Program-made: the position numbers and the translations under genes
DNA from: an uncultured Ilumatobacteraceae bacterium
GTDB lineage: Bacteria; Actinomycetota; Acidimicrobiia; Acidimicrobiales; Ilumatobacteraceae
DNA: 61,792 bases
Direction of reading: 5' to 3'
NCBI GenBank assembly: GCA_964350535.1
Contig: CAYGLH010000001.1
Span: 1 to 61,792, forward strand
Part shown: positions 1 to 9,540 of the stretch, piece by piece
Layout of the letters: each line of letters opens with the position of its first letter
How positions within the stretch are numbered: the stretch's first letter is position 1
Notes under the pieces: generated by a model
Database searches by the model: none
What the model was told of the DNA's origin: nothing
Seen by the model: only the letters and a program-made list of their open reading frames with translations

Positions 1-291
1 CCGATCGTGCGCGAGCACCCCGAGACCGGCCGGCTCGGCCTGTTCGGGTGCGTCGGCTACATCATCGGCATCGACGGCATGGCGGACGACGTCGCCCGCG
101 AGCTGCTGGTCGAGCTGTACCACTGGCAGACGCGTGACGAGTTCGTCTACCGGCACCGGTGGGAGCCCGACATGCTCGTGATGTGGGACAACCGCTCGGT
201 GCTGCACCGCGCCACCGGCGGCTACGACGGCCACGAGCGGCTCCTGCACCGGACCACCATCGCCGGCACGGTCGCACCGGTCGCCGCCTGA
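1..291 (+). CDS. TauD/TfdA-family Fe(II)/2-oxoglutarate dioxygenase, C-terminal fragment (5' end outside window)
   Basis: Frame 1 is open from base 1 to TGA 289-291. The translation ..EPDMLVMWDNRSVLHRATGGYDGHERLLHRTTI carries the conserved C-terminal WDNR..H.A...R..R block of TauD/TfdA enzymes. Confidence 0.75.
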   Translation, partial: PIVREHPETGRLGLFGCVGYIIGIDGMADDVARELLVELYHWQTRDEFVYRHRWEPDMLVMWDNRSVLHRATGGYDGHERLLHRTTIAGTVAPVAA

Positions 292-401
292 GCCAGCCAC
301 CGCGTCCACGTCTCGACGCAACGCGGATCTGGGCATCACGAGCCCGGGGGACCGACGCGCGAGCAGCACCCGTTCGGTGCGTCACCGTCGCCACCCGTAG
401 T

Positions 402-872
402 GTGACGGAGGTGGAAGCTGTCGATTGGTCGGCGCGTCTGCGCGAGCTGGGCCAGCGGGTGACGCCGGCGAGGTGTGCCGTGCTCGAGGTGCTGGGAGCC
501 TCCGATGCCCATCGGTCGGCCGAGGAGATCGCCACGGAAGTGGCCGAGGTGGCGCCCGACGTGCATCGCGCCACGGTCTTCCGCACCCTCGAACGGTTGG
601 TCGATCTCGGAGTGGTCGCCCACGTCCATCTCCCCCACGGCGCCACGACGTATCACCTGCGCGACCGAGGGGCACGCATGCACCTCCATGTGCTCTGCCG
701 TGGCTGTGGCACGATCTTCGACGCCGACCCGACCTTGCTGGACGGAGCGGCGGCGGCGTTGGCCGACTCGATCGGGTTCGAGCTCGCACCGGATCACGCC
801 GCACTCTCAGGGACGTGCGCGGACTGCGCCATCGCGGATTCGGCGGATGACCGGGTCCATCACCATCATTGA
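402..872 (+). CDS. Fur-family metal-responsive transcriptional regulator (Zur/Nur/Fur-like) with C-terminal HHHH tail
   Basis: It has a winged-helix segment ..RVTPARCAVLEVLGASDAHRSAEEIATEV..VFRTLERLVDLGVV. It has two Cys pairs, LCRGCG and SGTCADC, typical of the structural metal site. Start is uncertain (GTG 402 or GTG 411; the track ORF opens at 159 but its N-terminus is R/P-rich junk). Confidence 0.8.
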   Translation: MTEVEAVDWSARLRELGQRVTPARCAVLEVLGASDAHRSAEEIATEVAEVAPDVHRATVFRTLERLVDLGVVAHVHLPHGATTYHLRDRGARMHLHVLCRGCGTIFDADPTLLDGAAAALADSIGFELAPDHAALSGTCADCAIADSADDRVHHHH

Positions 873-918
873 CCTGACGACCGCCACGGCCGACGACCCG
901 ACCCGACTTGCGCCAGAT

Positions 919-931
919 GCGACTCGGTCGC
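919..931. promoter_or_regulatory. 13-bp palindrome GCGAC-TCG-GTCGC between the Fur-family gene and the ABC substrate-binding gene; speculative operator
   Basis: A perfect 5+3+5 palindrome read directly in the 90-nt spacer, about 30 nt upstream of ATG 963. It matches no known Fur/Zur/Nur consensus I can recall. Confidence 0.15.
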
Positions 932-962
932 AACAATGGATCCTCCGACCCAGGAGGAACCG

Positions 963-2639
963 ATGTCCCCGCTGCGATCTGTCACACGTGCGTCTCGCCG
1001 CGGCGCGGTCGGCCTCCTCGCGGGGGCCGTGGTGTTCGGCGCCTGTGGCGGCGACGATGCGGGCGACGACGCCGGCACCTCCGACGCGACCGAGGCGACC
1101 GACGGGGGAGCGGCGGCGGCGACGGGAGGCGGGGACAGCAACCGCACGCTCACCCTGGCCATCGGTGGCGAGTCCGAGGACGGGTACGACCCGACGCTCG
1201 GATGGGGACGGTACGGGTCACCGCTGTTCCAGTCGACCCTGCTGACGCGCGGCGCCGACTTCGCAGTGGCGAACGATCTGGCGACCGGCTACGAGGTCAG
1301 CGAGGACGGGCTGACGTGGACGGTGTCGATCCGGGACGACGCCCGCTTCACCGACGGGGAACCGGTCACCGCGGCGGATGTGGCGTACACGTTCAACACC
1401 GCCGCCGAAGGTGGCGGGGTCACCGACGTGACGGTGCTGGACGAGGCCGTCGCCGTCGACGACACGACGGTGGAGTTGCGGCTGGAGCGCCCGCAGAGCA
1501 CGTTCATCAACCGCCTCGTCTCGCTCGGCATCGTCCCGGAGCACGCCCATGGCGACGACTACGCCCGCCAGCCGATCGGCTCCGGACCGTTCGAGTTGGT
1601 GCAGTGGGACCAAGGCCAACAGTTGATCGTCCAGCGCAACGACGACTACTACGGCGAGCAGCCGGAGTTCGACCGTGTCGTGTTCCTGTTCACCGACGAG
1701 GACGGCAGCCTGGCTGCTGGTCGGGCGGGTGAGGTGGACATGGTGGCGGTGCCGTCGACGCTGGCGACGGGCGAACTGTCCGGGATGCGACTCGTCGACG
1801 TCGCGTCCGTCGACAACCGCGGGATGATGCTGCCGTTCGTCGCCGACGACGGCGAGACCACCGCGAGCGGCGCGCCGATCGGCAACGACGTCACGGCCGA
1901 CCCAGCGATCCGCCGCGCACTCAACCTCGCGGTCGACCGGCAGGCGCTCGTCGACGGGGTGCTGGAAGGGTACGGCTCGCCCGCGTTCGGACCGGTCGAC
2001 GGGCTGCCGTGGTTCGAGCCGGGTTCGGTCGTGGCCGACGCCGACCCGGCGGCGGCGGGCGCACTTCTCGACGAGGCGGGATGGACCGCGGACGGCGACG
2101 GTGTGCGGACGAAGGACGGGCAGTCGGCGGCGTTCCGGTTGCTGTACCCGGCCGGCGACACCGTGCGTCAAGGTCTGGCGCTGTCGATCGTCGACATGGT
2201 GCGTCCGGTCGGCATCGAGATCGAGGCGGTCGGCGACAGCTGGGACGAGATCGAGCAGCGGATGCACGCCGACGCCGTGCTGTTCGGCTGGGGCAGCCAC
2301 GACCCGACCGAGATGTACAACCTGTACCACTCGTCGCAGGCCGGCGTGGAGTACTGGAACCCCGGCTTCTACGGCGACGAGCAGGTCGACGAGTACCTCG
2401 ATCTGGCGATGGCGGCACCCGATCAGGACGAGGCCAACGTCTACTGGCGAGCGGCCCAACTCGACGACGATGGTGCTGGATTCAGCGCCCCGGCCGACGC
2501 GGCGTGGGCGTGGCTGGTGAACCTCGACCACACCTACTACGTCGACGACTGTCTCGACATCGGTGATCCCCAGGTCGAGCCGCACGGGCACGGATGGCCG
2601 ATCACGGCGGGCATCACGTCCTGGCGTTGGACGTGCTGA
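963..2639 (+). CDS. ABC transporter substrate-binding lipoprotein, family 5 (peptide/nickel, NikA/DppA-like)
   Basis: AGGAGG at 951-956 precedes ATG 963. The signal peptide has an RR motif and lipobox ..VVFGAC. The block ..DGLTWTVSIRDDARFTDGEPVTAADVAYTFN.. is typical of SBP_bac_5. Confidence 0.9.
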   Translation: MSPLRSVTRASRRGAVGLLAGAVVFGACGGDDAGDDAGTSDATEATDGGAAAATGGGDSNRTLTLAIGGESEDGYDPTLGWGRYGSPLFQSTLLTRGADFAVANDLATGYEVSEDGLTWTVSIRDDARFTDGEPVTAADVAYTFNTAAEGGGVTDVTVLDEAVAVDDTTVELRLERPQSTFINRLVSLGIVPEHAHGDDYARQPIGSGPFELVQWDQGQQLIVQRNDDYYGEQPEFDRVVFLFTDEDGSLAAGRAGEVDMVAVPSTLATGELSGMRLVDVASVDNRGMMLPFVADDGETTASGAPIGNDVTADPAIRRALNLAVDRQALVDGVLEGYGSPAFGPVDGLPWFEPGSVVADADPAAAGALLDEAGWTADGDGVRTKDGQSAAFRLLYPAGDTVRQGLALSIVDMVRPVGIEIEAVGDSWDEIEQRMHADAVLFGWGSHDPTEMYNLYHSSQAGVEYWNPGFYGDEQVDEYLDLAMAAPDQDEANVYWRAAQLDDDGAGFSAPADAAWAWLVNLDHTYYVDDCLDIGDPQVEPHGHGWPITAGITSWRWTC

Positions 2640-3715
2640 CCACGCCCGACGGGCACGATTCGTCGATTCCCCGGCTCGACGATGCCGCCGTCGAGCTGCC
2701 GCCGAACCGTCGAGCGCGTACGGGGCTCGGCTGGTTCCTCGCCCGTCGCGCCGTGCGCCTCGTCCTGCTGCTCGTGGCGGTGGCGACGATCTCGTTCGTC
2801 CTGATGCAGGCATCGCCGGTGGATCCGATCGATGCCTACATCGGTGCCGATGCGGCGATGGTCGGGCCGGAGCAGCGCGCCCAGATCGCCGAGCGGTGGG
2901 GTCTCGACCAGCCGCCCGTCGAGCGCTTCTTCGCATGGGCCGGGCAGTTGCTGCAGGGGAACCTCGGCGAGTCGATCGTCTACGGGGAGCCGGTCGCCAC
3001 CGTCATCTGGGAGCGGTTCCTCACGAGCTTGCCGTTGATGGCCACGGCCTGGCTGTTGTCCGGCGTGATCGGCTTCGGCGTCGGACTCCTGGCCGGCGCT
3101 CGACCGGGCTCGTGGTGGGACCGGCTGGTCTCCTGGTTCGCCTACACGCTGGCATCGACGCCGACGTTCTGGTTCGGCCTGCTCCTCTTGACCGTCTTCG
3201 CCGTCGAGCTCGGCGTCGCGCCGGTGTGTTGCGCGGTGCCGATCGGGTCCTTGCCCGGCGAGGTCACGCTGCTCGACCGCATCGATCACCTGATCCTGCC
3301 GGCGATCACGTTGAGCATCGTCGGCATCCCGCCGATCGCCATGCACACGCGCCAGGCCACGATCGAGGCGATGGGCAGCGACTACGTCGCGTTCGCCCGC
3401 GCCCAGGGCGAGCGCGGTGTCGGCGTCGTCGTCCACCGAGTGCTGCGCAACGCTGCCGCGCCCGCACTCTTGCTGCAGTTCGCCTCGTTGGCCGAGCTCT
3501 TCGGCGGCGCCGTGCTGACCGAGCAGGTCTTCACGTATCCCGGGTTGGGTGAGGCGACGGCCACCGCGGCGACCCGCCAGGACGTCCCGCTCCTGCTGGG
3601 GATCGTCCTGTTCACCACCGTGTTCGTGTTCGTCGGGAACCTGATCGGCGACCTGCTGCACGCCCGCCTCGACCGTCGGGTCCAGCTCGACGGGCACGGA
3701 TCGGGACCGCCGTGA
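2594..3715 (+). CDS. ABC transporter permease (NikB/DppB-like)
   Basis: Polytopic membrane protein. The N-terminal ..RRAVRLVLLLVAVATISFVLMQASPVDPIDAYIG matches the DppB-type start. Start is uncertain (ATG 2594, TTG 2627 or GTG 2633, the last overlapping the upstream stop by 7 nt). Confidence 0.85.
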   Translation: MADHGGHHVLALDVLTTPDGHDSSIPRLDDAAVELPPNRRARTGLGWFLARRAVRLVLLLVAVATISFVLMQASPVDPIDAYIGADAAMVGPEQRAQIAERWGLDQPPVERFFAWAGQLLQGNLGESIVYGEPVATVIWERFLTSLPLMATAWLLSGVIGFGVGLLAGARPGSWWDRLVSWFAYTLASTPTFWFGLLLLTVFAVELGVAPVCCAVPIGSLPGEVTLLDRIDHLILPAITLSIVGIPPIAMHTRQATIEAMGSDYVAFARAQGERGVGVVVHRVLRNAAAPALLLQFASLAELFGGAVLTEQVFTYPGLGEATATAATRQDVPLLLGIVLFTTVFVFVGNLIGDLLHARLDRRVQLDGHGSGPP

Positions 3716-4575
3716 CCGCGGAACTGACCGAGGTCGTCCCGGCCGACTGGGCCGTCGGGACGGGCGACCGGCGTCGGCGCACACTGCTCACGCTGGGCGT
3801 CATCGTCGTGCTGCTCGTCGTCGTCCTGGTCTACGGCACGCTGGCCGCGGAGGCGGCGACCACGACCCACCTCGACCGGCGCAACCAGGCACCGTCGCTC
3901 GCCCACCCGTTCGGCACGGACTGGCTCGGTCGGGACATGCTGGCCCGGACGGCGCGCGGGCTGAGGCTGTCGTTGCTGATCGGTGTGCTGGCGTCGTCGG
4001 TCTCGGCGATCATCGCGCTCGTGATCGCGGTGGTGGCGACGCTCGGACGGGTCGGCGACTCGGTCACGAGTTGGCTCACCGACCTGTTCCTCGCCCTGCC
4101 CCACCTCGTGTTGTTGATCCTGTTGACCTTCGTCATGGGTGGCGGGCTGACGGGGATGATCGTGGCGATCGCCGTCACCCACTGGCCGTCGCTGTCGCGC
4201 GTCCTGCGCGGCGAGAGCCGCGCCGTGATGTCGTCGGACTACGTCGCCGTCGCACGTCAGCTCGGCCGGAGCCGCATCGCCATCGCCCGGCAGCACCTCG
4301 CGGGCCATCTGCTCCCGCAGTTCGGCGTAGGGCTGATCCTGCTGTTCCCCCACGCCATCCTCCACGAAGCGGCGCTGTCGTTCCTCGGACTCGGGGTCGA
4401 CCCGTCGACGCCGGCGATCGGGATCATCCTCGCCGACTCGATGCGGTACCTGTCGGTGGGGCTCTGGTGGCTCGCCGTGCTCCCGGGCATCGCCCTCGTG
4501 ATCGTCGTCAAGCTCGTCGACACGCTCGGCAACCAGGTCCGCTCCCTCCTCGATCCACGCAGCCACCATGGCTGA
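3712..4575 (+). CDS. ABC transporter permease (NikC/DppC-like)
   Basis: GTGA start/stop overlap at 3712-3715. Motifs ..HPFGTDWLGRDMLART.. and multiple TM helices are typical of DppC/NikC. Confidence 0.9.
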   Translation: MTAELTEVVPADWAVGTGDRRRRTLLTLGVIVVLLVVVLVYGTLAAEAATTTHLDRRNQAPSLAHPFGTDWLGRDMLARTARGLRLSLLIGVLASSVSAIIALVIAVVATLGRVGDSVTSWLTDLFLALPHLVLLILLTFVMGGGLTGMIVAIAVTHWPSLSRVLRGESRAVMSSDYVAVARQLGRSRIAIARQHLAGHLLPQFGVGLILLFPHAILHEAALSFLGLGVDPSTPAIGIILADSMRYLSVGLWWLAVLPGIALVIVVKLVDTLGNQVRSLLDPRSHHG

Positions 4576-5407
4576 GGCAGTGCCGCCGTTGCTCACGGTC
4601 GAGGGACTGCGCGTCGCGTTCGTGCAGTACGAGCGCGGGCTGCGGCGCCGCGTCGTCGAGGTGATCAGCGGGATGGACCTGCGCGTCGAACCCGGGGAGC
4701 TCGTCGCCGTCGTCGGCGCCAGCGGCGCCGGCAAGACGCTGCTCGCCCACGCGGTGCTCGGCCTGCTGCCGCCGAACGCGATCGAGGTCGGTCGGGTGTG
4801 TTTCGACGGCGTCGAGATGCCGACGGCGAGCCGTCACCGGTTGGCGGGCAGCGAGATCACCCTGCTTCCGCAGGCAGTGTCGTTCCTCGATCCGATGACC
4901 GATGTCGGCCGCCAGCTCCGCCGGGCGGCGCGCCTCGCCGGCCATCCCGACCCCGCCGCGTCCGCCGCCGACGCGGTGGCCGAGCGGGAGCTCGACCCAG
5001 ACGTCCTCGACCGTCGACCGCACGAGCTGTCGGGCGGCCAGGCCCGTCGTGTGCTCGATGCCATCGCGACGATGGGTCAGCCGCGCTTGCTGTTCGCCGA
5101 CGAGCCGACGCCGGGCCTCCACGCCGACGTGGCTGCGGCGGTGCTCGGCCGGCTGCGGGCGATGGCCGACGCCGGGACGGCGGTCGTGCTCATCACCCAC
5201 GAACTCCCGGGCGCGCTGCGGATCGCCGATCGGGTCGTCGTGTGCCGCGCCGGACGGACGATCGAGGACGCCCCCGTGACGGCGTTCGCCGGCGATGGCT
5301 CCGGCCTCCGGACGGAGTACTCACGGGCCCTGTGGCGGGCGCTGCCGGCGAACGGGTTCCACCGTGGCGCCGCCGACGTGGACGCGCCGGGACGGGTGGC
5401 CCGCTGA
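4568..5407 (+). CDS. ABC transporter ATP-binding protein (NikD/DppD-like)
   Basis: Walker A GASGAGKT, signature LSGGQARR, Walker B LLFADEPT. It overlaps the upstream gene by 8 nt. Confidence 0.9.
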   Translation: MAEAVPPLLTVEGLRVAFVQYERGLRRRVVEVISGMDLRVEPGELVAVVGASGAGKTLLAHAVLGLLPPNAIEVGRVCFDGVEMPTASRHRLAGSEITLLPQAVSFLDPMTDVGRQLRRAARLAGHPDPAASAADAVAERELDPDVLDRRPHELSGGQARRVLDAIATMGQPRLLFADEPTPGLHADVAAAVLGRLRAMADAGTAVVLITHELPGALRIADRVVVCRAGRTIEDAPVTAFAGDGSGLRTEYSRALWRALPANGFHRGAADVDAPGRVAR

Positions 5408-6045
5408 TGCTGCGCGCTCGGGACGTGTGGTTCCGCTACCAGCACGACCGGCCGTGGGTGCTCCGCGGTGTCACGCTCGACATCGCGCCCGGTGAGATCG
5501 TCGGGCTCGAAGGGCCGAGCGGCTGTGGCAAGAGCACACTCGGGCGTCTCCTCTGCGGGCTGGCGTCCCCGGAGCGCGGACTGATCGAGGTCGACGCCGG
5601 GCCCACGCCGACGGGCGCGCACCCGGTGCAGTTCGTCGTCCAGCACGCCGAGCGGGCGATGGACCCGCGCTGGCACATCAGCGACGTGCTCGCCGAGACC
5701 GGTGCCGATCCGGACGCGGTCGACGAGATCGAGGCCGCCATCCTCGACCCCGGCTGGCGGGATCGCTATCCCCACGAGATCAGCGGCGGCGAGCTGCAGC
5801 GCGTCAACCTCGCCCGCGCCCTGCTCACGCGACCCCGGTTCATCGTCGCCGACGAGATCACCGCCAGCCTCGATCCGCTCACCCAGACCGAGATCTGGCA
5901 TCTGCTGACCGAGCGCGCTCGCGACCAGGGCATCGGCGTGCTCGTGGTCGCGCACGACCGGCCGCTGCTCGACGCGGTGTGCGCGCGCACGGTCACGTTC
6001 GACTCGATCAACGGCGTCGATGCGAATGCCTCGACGTCACCCTGA
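5407..6045 (+). CDS. ABC transporter ATP-binding protein (NikE/DppF-like)
   Basis: ATG 5407 overlaps the upstream TGA (TGATG). Walker A GPSGCGKST, signature ISGGELQR, Walker B FIVADEITASLD. Only the last 212 aa of track ORF 4798..6045 look genuine. Confidence 0.9.
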   Translation: MLRARDVWFRYQHDRPWVLRGVTLDIAPGEIVGLEGPSGCGKSTLGRLLCGLASPERGLIEVDAGPTPTGAHPVQFVVQHAERAMDPRWHISDVLAETGADPDAVDEIEAAILDPGWRDRYPHEISGGELQRVNLARALLTRPRFIVADEITASLDPLTQTEIWHLLTERARDQGIGVLVVAHDRPLLDAVCARTVTFDSINGVDANASTSP

Positions 6046-6063
6046 GCGCGTACGGTCGGGGAC

Positions 6064-7344
6064 ATGACCGCGAAGGAGCAGGGCGACACGATCACGCTCG
6101 ACCTCGAGGAGGTGCGGCGCCACTTCCCGGCGTTCGACGAGCCCGAGAACCGGGATCAGTCGTTCTTCGAGAACGCCGGCGGTTCGTTCGCCTGCCGCCA
6201 GACCATCGACGCCATCACAGCGTTCTACGTCGGCAACAAGGTGCAGCCCTACGCCGAGTACCCGGCGTCGGCGCGGGCCGGAGCGCTGATGGACCGATCG
6301 CGCCAGCGCTGGGCGGACGCGCTCGGTGTCGAAGGGCGCGAGGTCGTCTTCGGGCCCTCCACGTCGGCCAACACGTATGTCCTGGCCCAGGCCTTCGGCG
6401 AGCTCCTCGAGCCGGGCGACGAGGTCATCGTCACCGACCAGGACCACGAGGCGAACACCGGAGCGATCCGCCGCGCCGCGCAACGGGCCGAGGCCACGGT
6501 GCGCGAGTGGCATCTCGACCCGGCGACCGGCCTGCTCGACGTCGAGGTGCTGGCGTCGCTCGTGACCGATCGCACGCGCCTGGTGACGATGCCGCACGCC
6601 TCGAACATCGTCGGTCAGGAGAACGACGTCGCCGCAGCGGTGAAGATCGCCCATGGCGTCGGTGCACGCATCGTGGTCGACGGCGTGTCGTTCGCCCCGC
6701 ACACGATCCCCGATGTCGGCTCGCTCGGCGCCGACATCTATCTGTTCAGCCTCTACAAGACGTACTCGGTCCACCAAGGCCTGATGGTGGTGCGCAGCGG
6801 CGCCATGACCGAGCTGCCCAACCAGGGCCACTTCTTCAACGCCGACCTGCCCGACAAGCGACTCAACCCGGCGGGCCCCGACTTCGCCCAGGTCGCCGCT
6901 GCGGGCGCCGTGCTGGACTACGTCGACGCGCTCCACCTGCACCACGGTGGCGCGCCCGACGCGTCGTTGCGCCAGCGTGCCGACACCGTGTCGGCACTGT
7001 GGCGGTCACACGAGGATGCGCTCGCCCCCCTGCTCTTCGACGCCCTGCGCGGACGGGACGACGTGCGGGTCATCGGACCGCTCGACCCCGACCCTCGTTC
7101 CGGCCACCGGTGCCCGACGATCGCCTTCGATCCGCTCGCCGCCGACCCTGCCGACGTGACGCACGAGCTCGTGCGGCGCGGCATCCAGACCAGCAGCGGG
7201 CACTACTACGCGGCGCGGGTGCTCGCCGCGCTCGGCATCGATCCAGACCGCGGTGTGGTGCGGCTGTCGTTCGTGCACTACACGTCGCCCGGCGACGTCG
7301 ACCGCGCGGTGGAGGCCCTCCACGACGTGCTCGGGCCACGGTGA
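6064..7344 (+). CDS. Class-V aminotransferase / cysteine-desulfurase-like PLP enzyme
   Basis: 426 aa. It has ..GDEVIVTDQDHEANTG.., ..RLVTMPHASNIVG.. and a putative PLP-lysine context ..DIYLFSLYKTYSVHQG.. typical of the class V fold. It lies 18 nt after the ABC ATPase gene. Confidence 0.8.
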   Translation: MTAKEQGDTITLDLEEVRRHFPAFDEPENRDQSFFENAGGSFACRQTIDAITAFYVGNKVQPYAEYPASARAGALMDRSRQRWADALGVEGREVVFGPSTSANTYVLAQAFGELLEPGDEVIVTDQDHEANTGAIRRAAQRAEATVREWHLDPATGLLDVEVLASLVTDRTRLVTMPHASNIVGQENDVAAAVKIAHGVGARIVVDGVSFAPHTIPDVGSLGADIYLFSLYKTYSVHQGLMVVRSGAMTELPNQGHFFNADLPDKRLNPAGPDFAQVAAAGAVLDYVDALHLHHGGAPDASLRQRADTVSALWRSHEDALAPLLFDALRGRDDVRVIGPLDPDPRSGHRCPTIAFDPLAADPADVTHELVRRGIQTSSGHYYAARVLAALGIDPDRGVVRLSFVHYTSPGDVDRAVEALHDVLGPR

Positions 7345-7357
7345 GGTCGAGGTCGAC

Positions 7358-8050
7358 ATGTCCGACCCGTCGCCCGAGCAGCTGATCGCCAGTGGTCGCG
7401 CCGCCGACGTCTACGACCTGGGCGACGGCACCGTGCTGCGTCGCTACCGCGACGACCGCCACGACGTCGAGGCGGAGGCACGGGTGATGCGCTTCGTGGC
7501 CGATCACGGCGTGCGGGTCCCGGCCGTCGTCGACGCGTCGGGCAACGACATCGTGATGGAGCGGATCGACGGCCGGACGATGCTCGAGTGGATCGACGAG
7601 CAGCCGCTACGCGCCCCTCGTGCCGCACGCGCGCTGGCCGACATCCAGGCGACGATCGCCGCCATCCCGGCGCCGGAGTGGATGATGCCGCCCGGGTGGA
7701 CGGCGCTCACGCACGGCGACGACCATCCGGCCGTGCTCCACCTCGATCTGCACCCGATGAACGTGATGCTCACCGGCGCCGAGCCCGTGGTCATCGACTG
7801 GACGAACGCAGCCGGCGGTCCACCGGGATTCGACGCCGCGCTGTCCTACGTGGTGATGGCGACGTTCGAGGCGAGCGACACCCGCGAACGCGTCGCACAA
7901 CGCGTGTTCTGCGGGCTGTTCCGACGGGCGCGCGGCAAGCAGTTGCTCGACCCCTTCCTGCCCGCTGCGTGCGACCACCGGTTGGCCGACCGCAACGTCA
8001 CGCCCGGCGAGCGCGAGCGCATCGCCGAGCTGCGTCGACGTCAGGGCTGA
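7358..8050 (+). CDS. Aminoglycoside/choline-kinase-like phosphotransferase (APH family)
   Basis: Catalytic loop LHLDLHPMNVM (HxDxxxxN) and VIDWTNA (DFG-equivalent). ATG 7358 lies 14 nt after the upstream stop. Confidence 0.7.
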   Translation: MSDPSPEQLIASGRAADVYDLGDGTVLRRYRDDRHDVEAEARVMRFVADHGVRVPAVVDASGNDIVMERIDGRTMLEWIDEQPLRAPRAARALADIQATIAAIPAPEWMMPPGWTALTHGDDHPAVLHLDLHPMNVMLTGAEPVVIDWTNAAGGPPGFDAALSYVVMATFEASDTRERVAQRVFCGLFRRARGKQLLDPFLPAACDHRLADRNVTPGERERIAELRRRQG

Positions 8051-8059
8051 GTCGCCGGT

Positions 8060-8923
8060 TCAGCTCGTCGGGAGCTCGTGCGCGCCGCGGCCGACGATGC
8101 GCACCGCGCCGGTGACGACCACCCCATCGTCGGTGTGCACGAGCAGCTCGCTCGGCGAACCCATCTCGACTCCTTGGTCGACGACGGCGGACACCTCCCC
8201 GGTCGTCGCCCGGAGATAGGCGCCGAACGGTCCCACAGCGGAACCGGTGGCGGCGTCCTCGGCCGACGGCACCACGTGGGTGAACGCCCGGGCCCGCCAC
8301 CGGTCGTCCGAGCGGGCCACCGCGTAGACCGTCTGTGCGTCGAGCCCGGCACTCGGCAGGAGACGGTCGAGCGCCGCTCGGTCCGGGTGGGCCGATGCCA
8401 GTGCGTCCACGTCGAGGATCGGCAGGATCAGCGTCGGCAGTCCCGTCGACACGATCCGCGGCTCGAGCGTGTCGTCGAGCGCTGATCCGTCGAGCCCGAC
8501 GGCGCCGAGCACTGCGTCGATCGCACCGGCTCGAGCGTCGGCGAACTCCGCCTCGTTCTGGGCGATGCTGACCCGTCCCTCCGTCCCGTCCAGCTCGACC
8601 TCCAGGGACTGCAGCCCGCTGATGGTCTGTTGCACGTAGGTGGCGCTCGACTCGCGGCGAGCGTGCGCGACCGCGGCCGCGGTGCCGAGCGACGGATGGC
8701 CGGCGAACGGCAGCTCACCGGTCGTCGTGAAGATCCGGTGCCGGTAGGTGGCGCGGTCGTCGCCGGCGATCTGGACGAACGAGGTCTCGGGCTGCTGGAA
8801 CCGTCGCGCCACCGTGGCCAGGACGCGGTCGTCGACGCCGTCCGCCGGCGACAGCACCGGCAGCAGGTTGCCGCCGAGCGGTCGCGTGGCGAACACTTCG
8901 ACCCACGTGATCTCGCACTGCAT
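8060..8923 (-). CDS. PhzF-family isomerase-like protein
   Basis: MQCEITWVEVFATRPLGGNLLPVL...RRFQQPETSFV matches the PhzF N-terminal signature. ATG at 8923 was chosen over the upstream GTG at 8953. Confidence 0.85.
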   Translation of the reverse strand: MQCEITWVEVFATRPLGGNLLPVLSPADGVDDRVLATVARRFQQPETSFVQIAGDDRATYRHRIFTTTGELPFAGHPSLGTAAAVAHARRESSATYVQQTISGLQSLEVELDGTEGRVSIAQNEAEFADARAGAIDAVLGAVGLDGSALDDTLEPRIVSTGLPTLILPILDVDALASAHPDRAALDRLLPSAGLDAQTVYAVARSDDRWRARAFTHVVPSAEDAATGSAVGPFGAYLRATTGEVSAVVDQGVEMGSPSELLVHTDDGVVVTGAVRIVGRGAHELPTS

Positions 8924-9015
8924 CCGCCACGGTGTAGCACGTCCGCGGTGCACATCGGCCCGGGGCGACCCGGTCCGGTCGGCGGCCGGATGGTGCGCCG
9001 ACGATCTGCCCGCGG

Positions 9016-9540
9016 GTGCCCGACCGATCTACGCTCGGCCCGGTGAGCAGCGAGACGCCCGTGGTCGGAGTGGTGATGGGGTCGTCCAGCGACTGGCCGA
9101 CGATGCAGCGATCGGTCGACGTGCTCGAGCACTTCGCCGTCGCCCACGAGGCGAAGGTGCTGAGCGCCCATCGCATGCCCGACGAGATGTTCGCCTACGC
9201 GGAGGGTGCGGCCGACCGGGGACTGCGGGCGATCGTGGCCGGCGCCGGTGGTGCGGCCCACCTCCCCGGGATGCTCGCAGCCAAGACGACCGTCCCGGTG
9301 CTCGGTGTGCCCGTCGCCTCGCGGCACTTGTCCGGTCAGGATTCCCTGTACTCGATCGTGCAGATGCCCGCCGGTGTGCCGGTGGCGACCTTTGCCATCG
9401 GCGAGGCGGGCGCCACGAACGCCGCACTGTTCGCCGTCGCCCTCCTCGCTGCCGACGATCCCGACGTTCGCGCTGCGCTCGACGCCTATCGCTCCGAACG
9501 TCGGGCCGCCGCGGCCGGCTCGACGTTGCCGCCCGACTGA
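9016..9540 (+). CDS. purE: 5-(carboxyamino)imidazole ribonucleotide mutase
   Basis: ..VGVVMGSSSDWPTM.. and ..AGGAAHLPGMLAA..VLGVPV.. are canonical PurE motifs. The alternative start GTG 9043 is possible. Confidence 0.95.
   Translation: MPDRSTLGPVSSETPVVGVVMGSSSDWPTMQRSVDVLEHFAVAHEAKVLSAHRMPDEMFAYAEGAADRGLRAIVAGAGGAAHLPGMLAAKTTVPVLGVPVASRHLSGQDSLYSIVQMPAGVPVATFAIGEAGATNAALFAVALLAADDPDVRAALDAYRSERRAAAAGSTLPPD

Noticed and set aside
1218-2936. 572-aa ORF on the minus strand, antisense to the family-5 SBP gene
   Set aside because: The translation is R/P/G/A-rich with no motif. It lies in the wobble-sharing antisense phase of a gene with clear homology. This is the typical stop-free shadow ORF of GC-rich DNA.
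8924-9042. Possible purine/ZTP-type riboswitch in the PhzF / purE divergent spacer
   Set aside because: I could not find the conserved ZTP (pfl) or purine riboswitch core sequences or a convincing pseudoknot-capable fold. It is probably just promoters.
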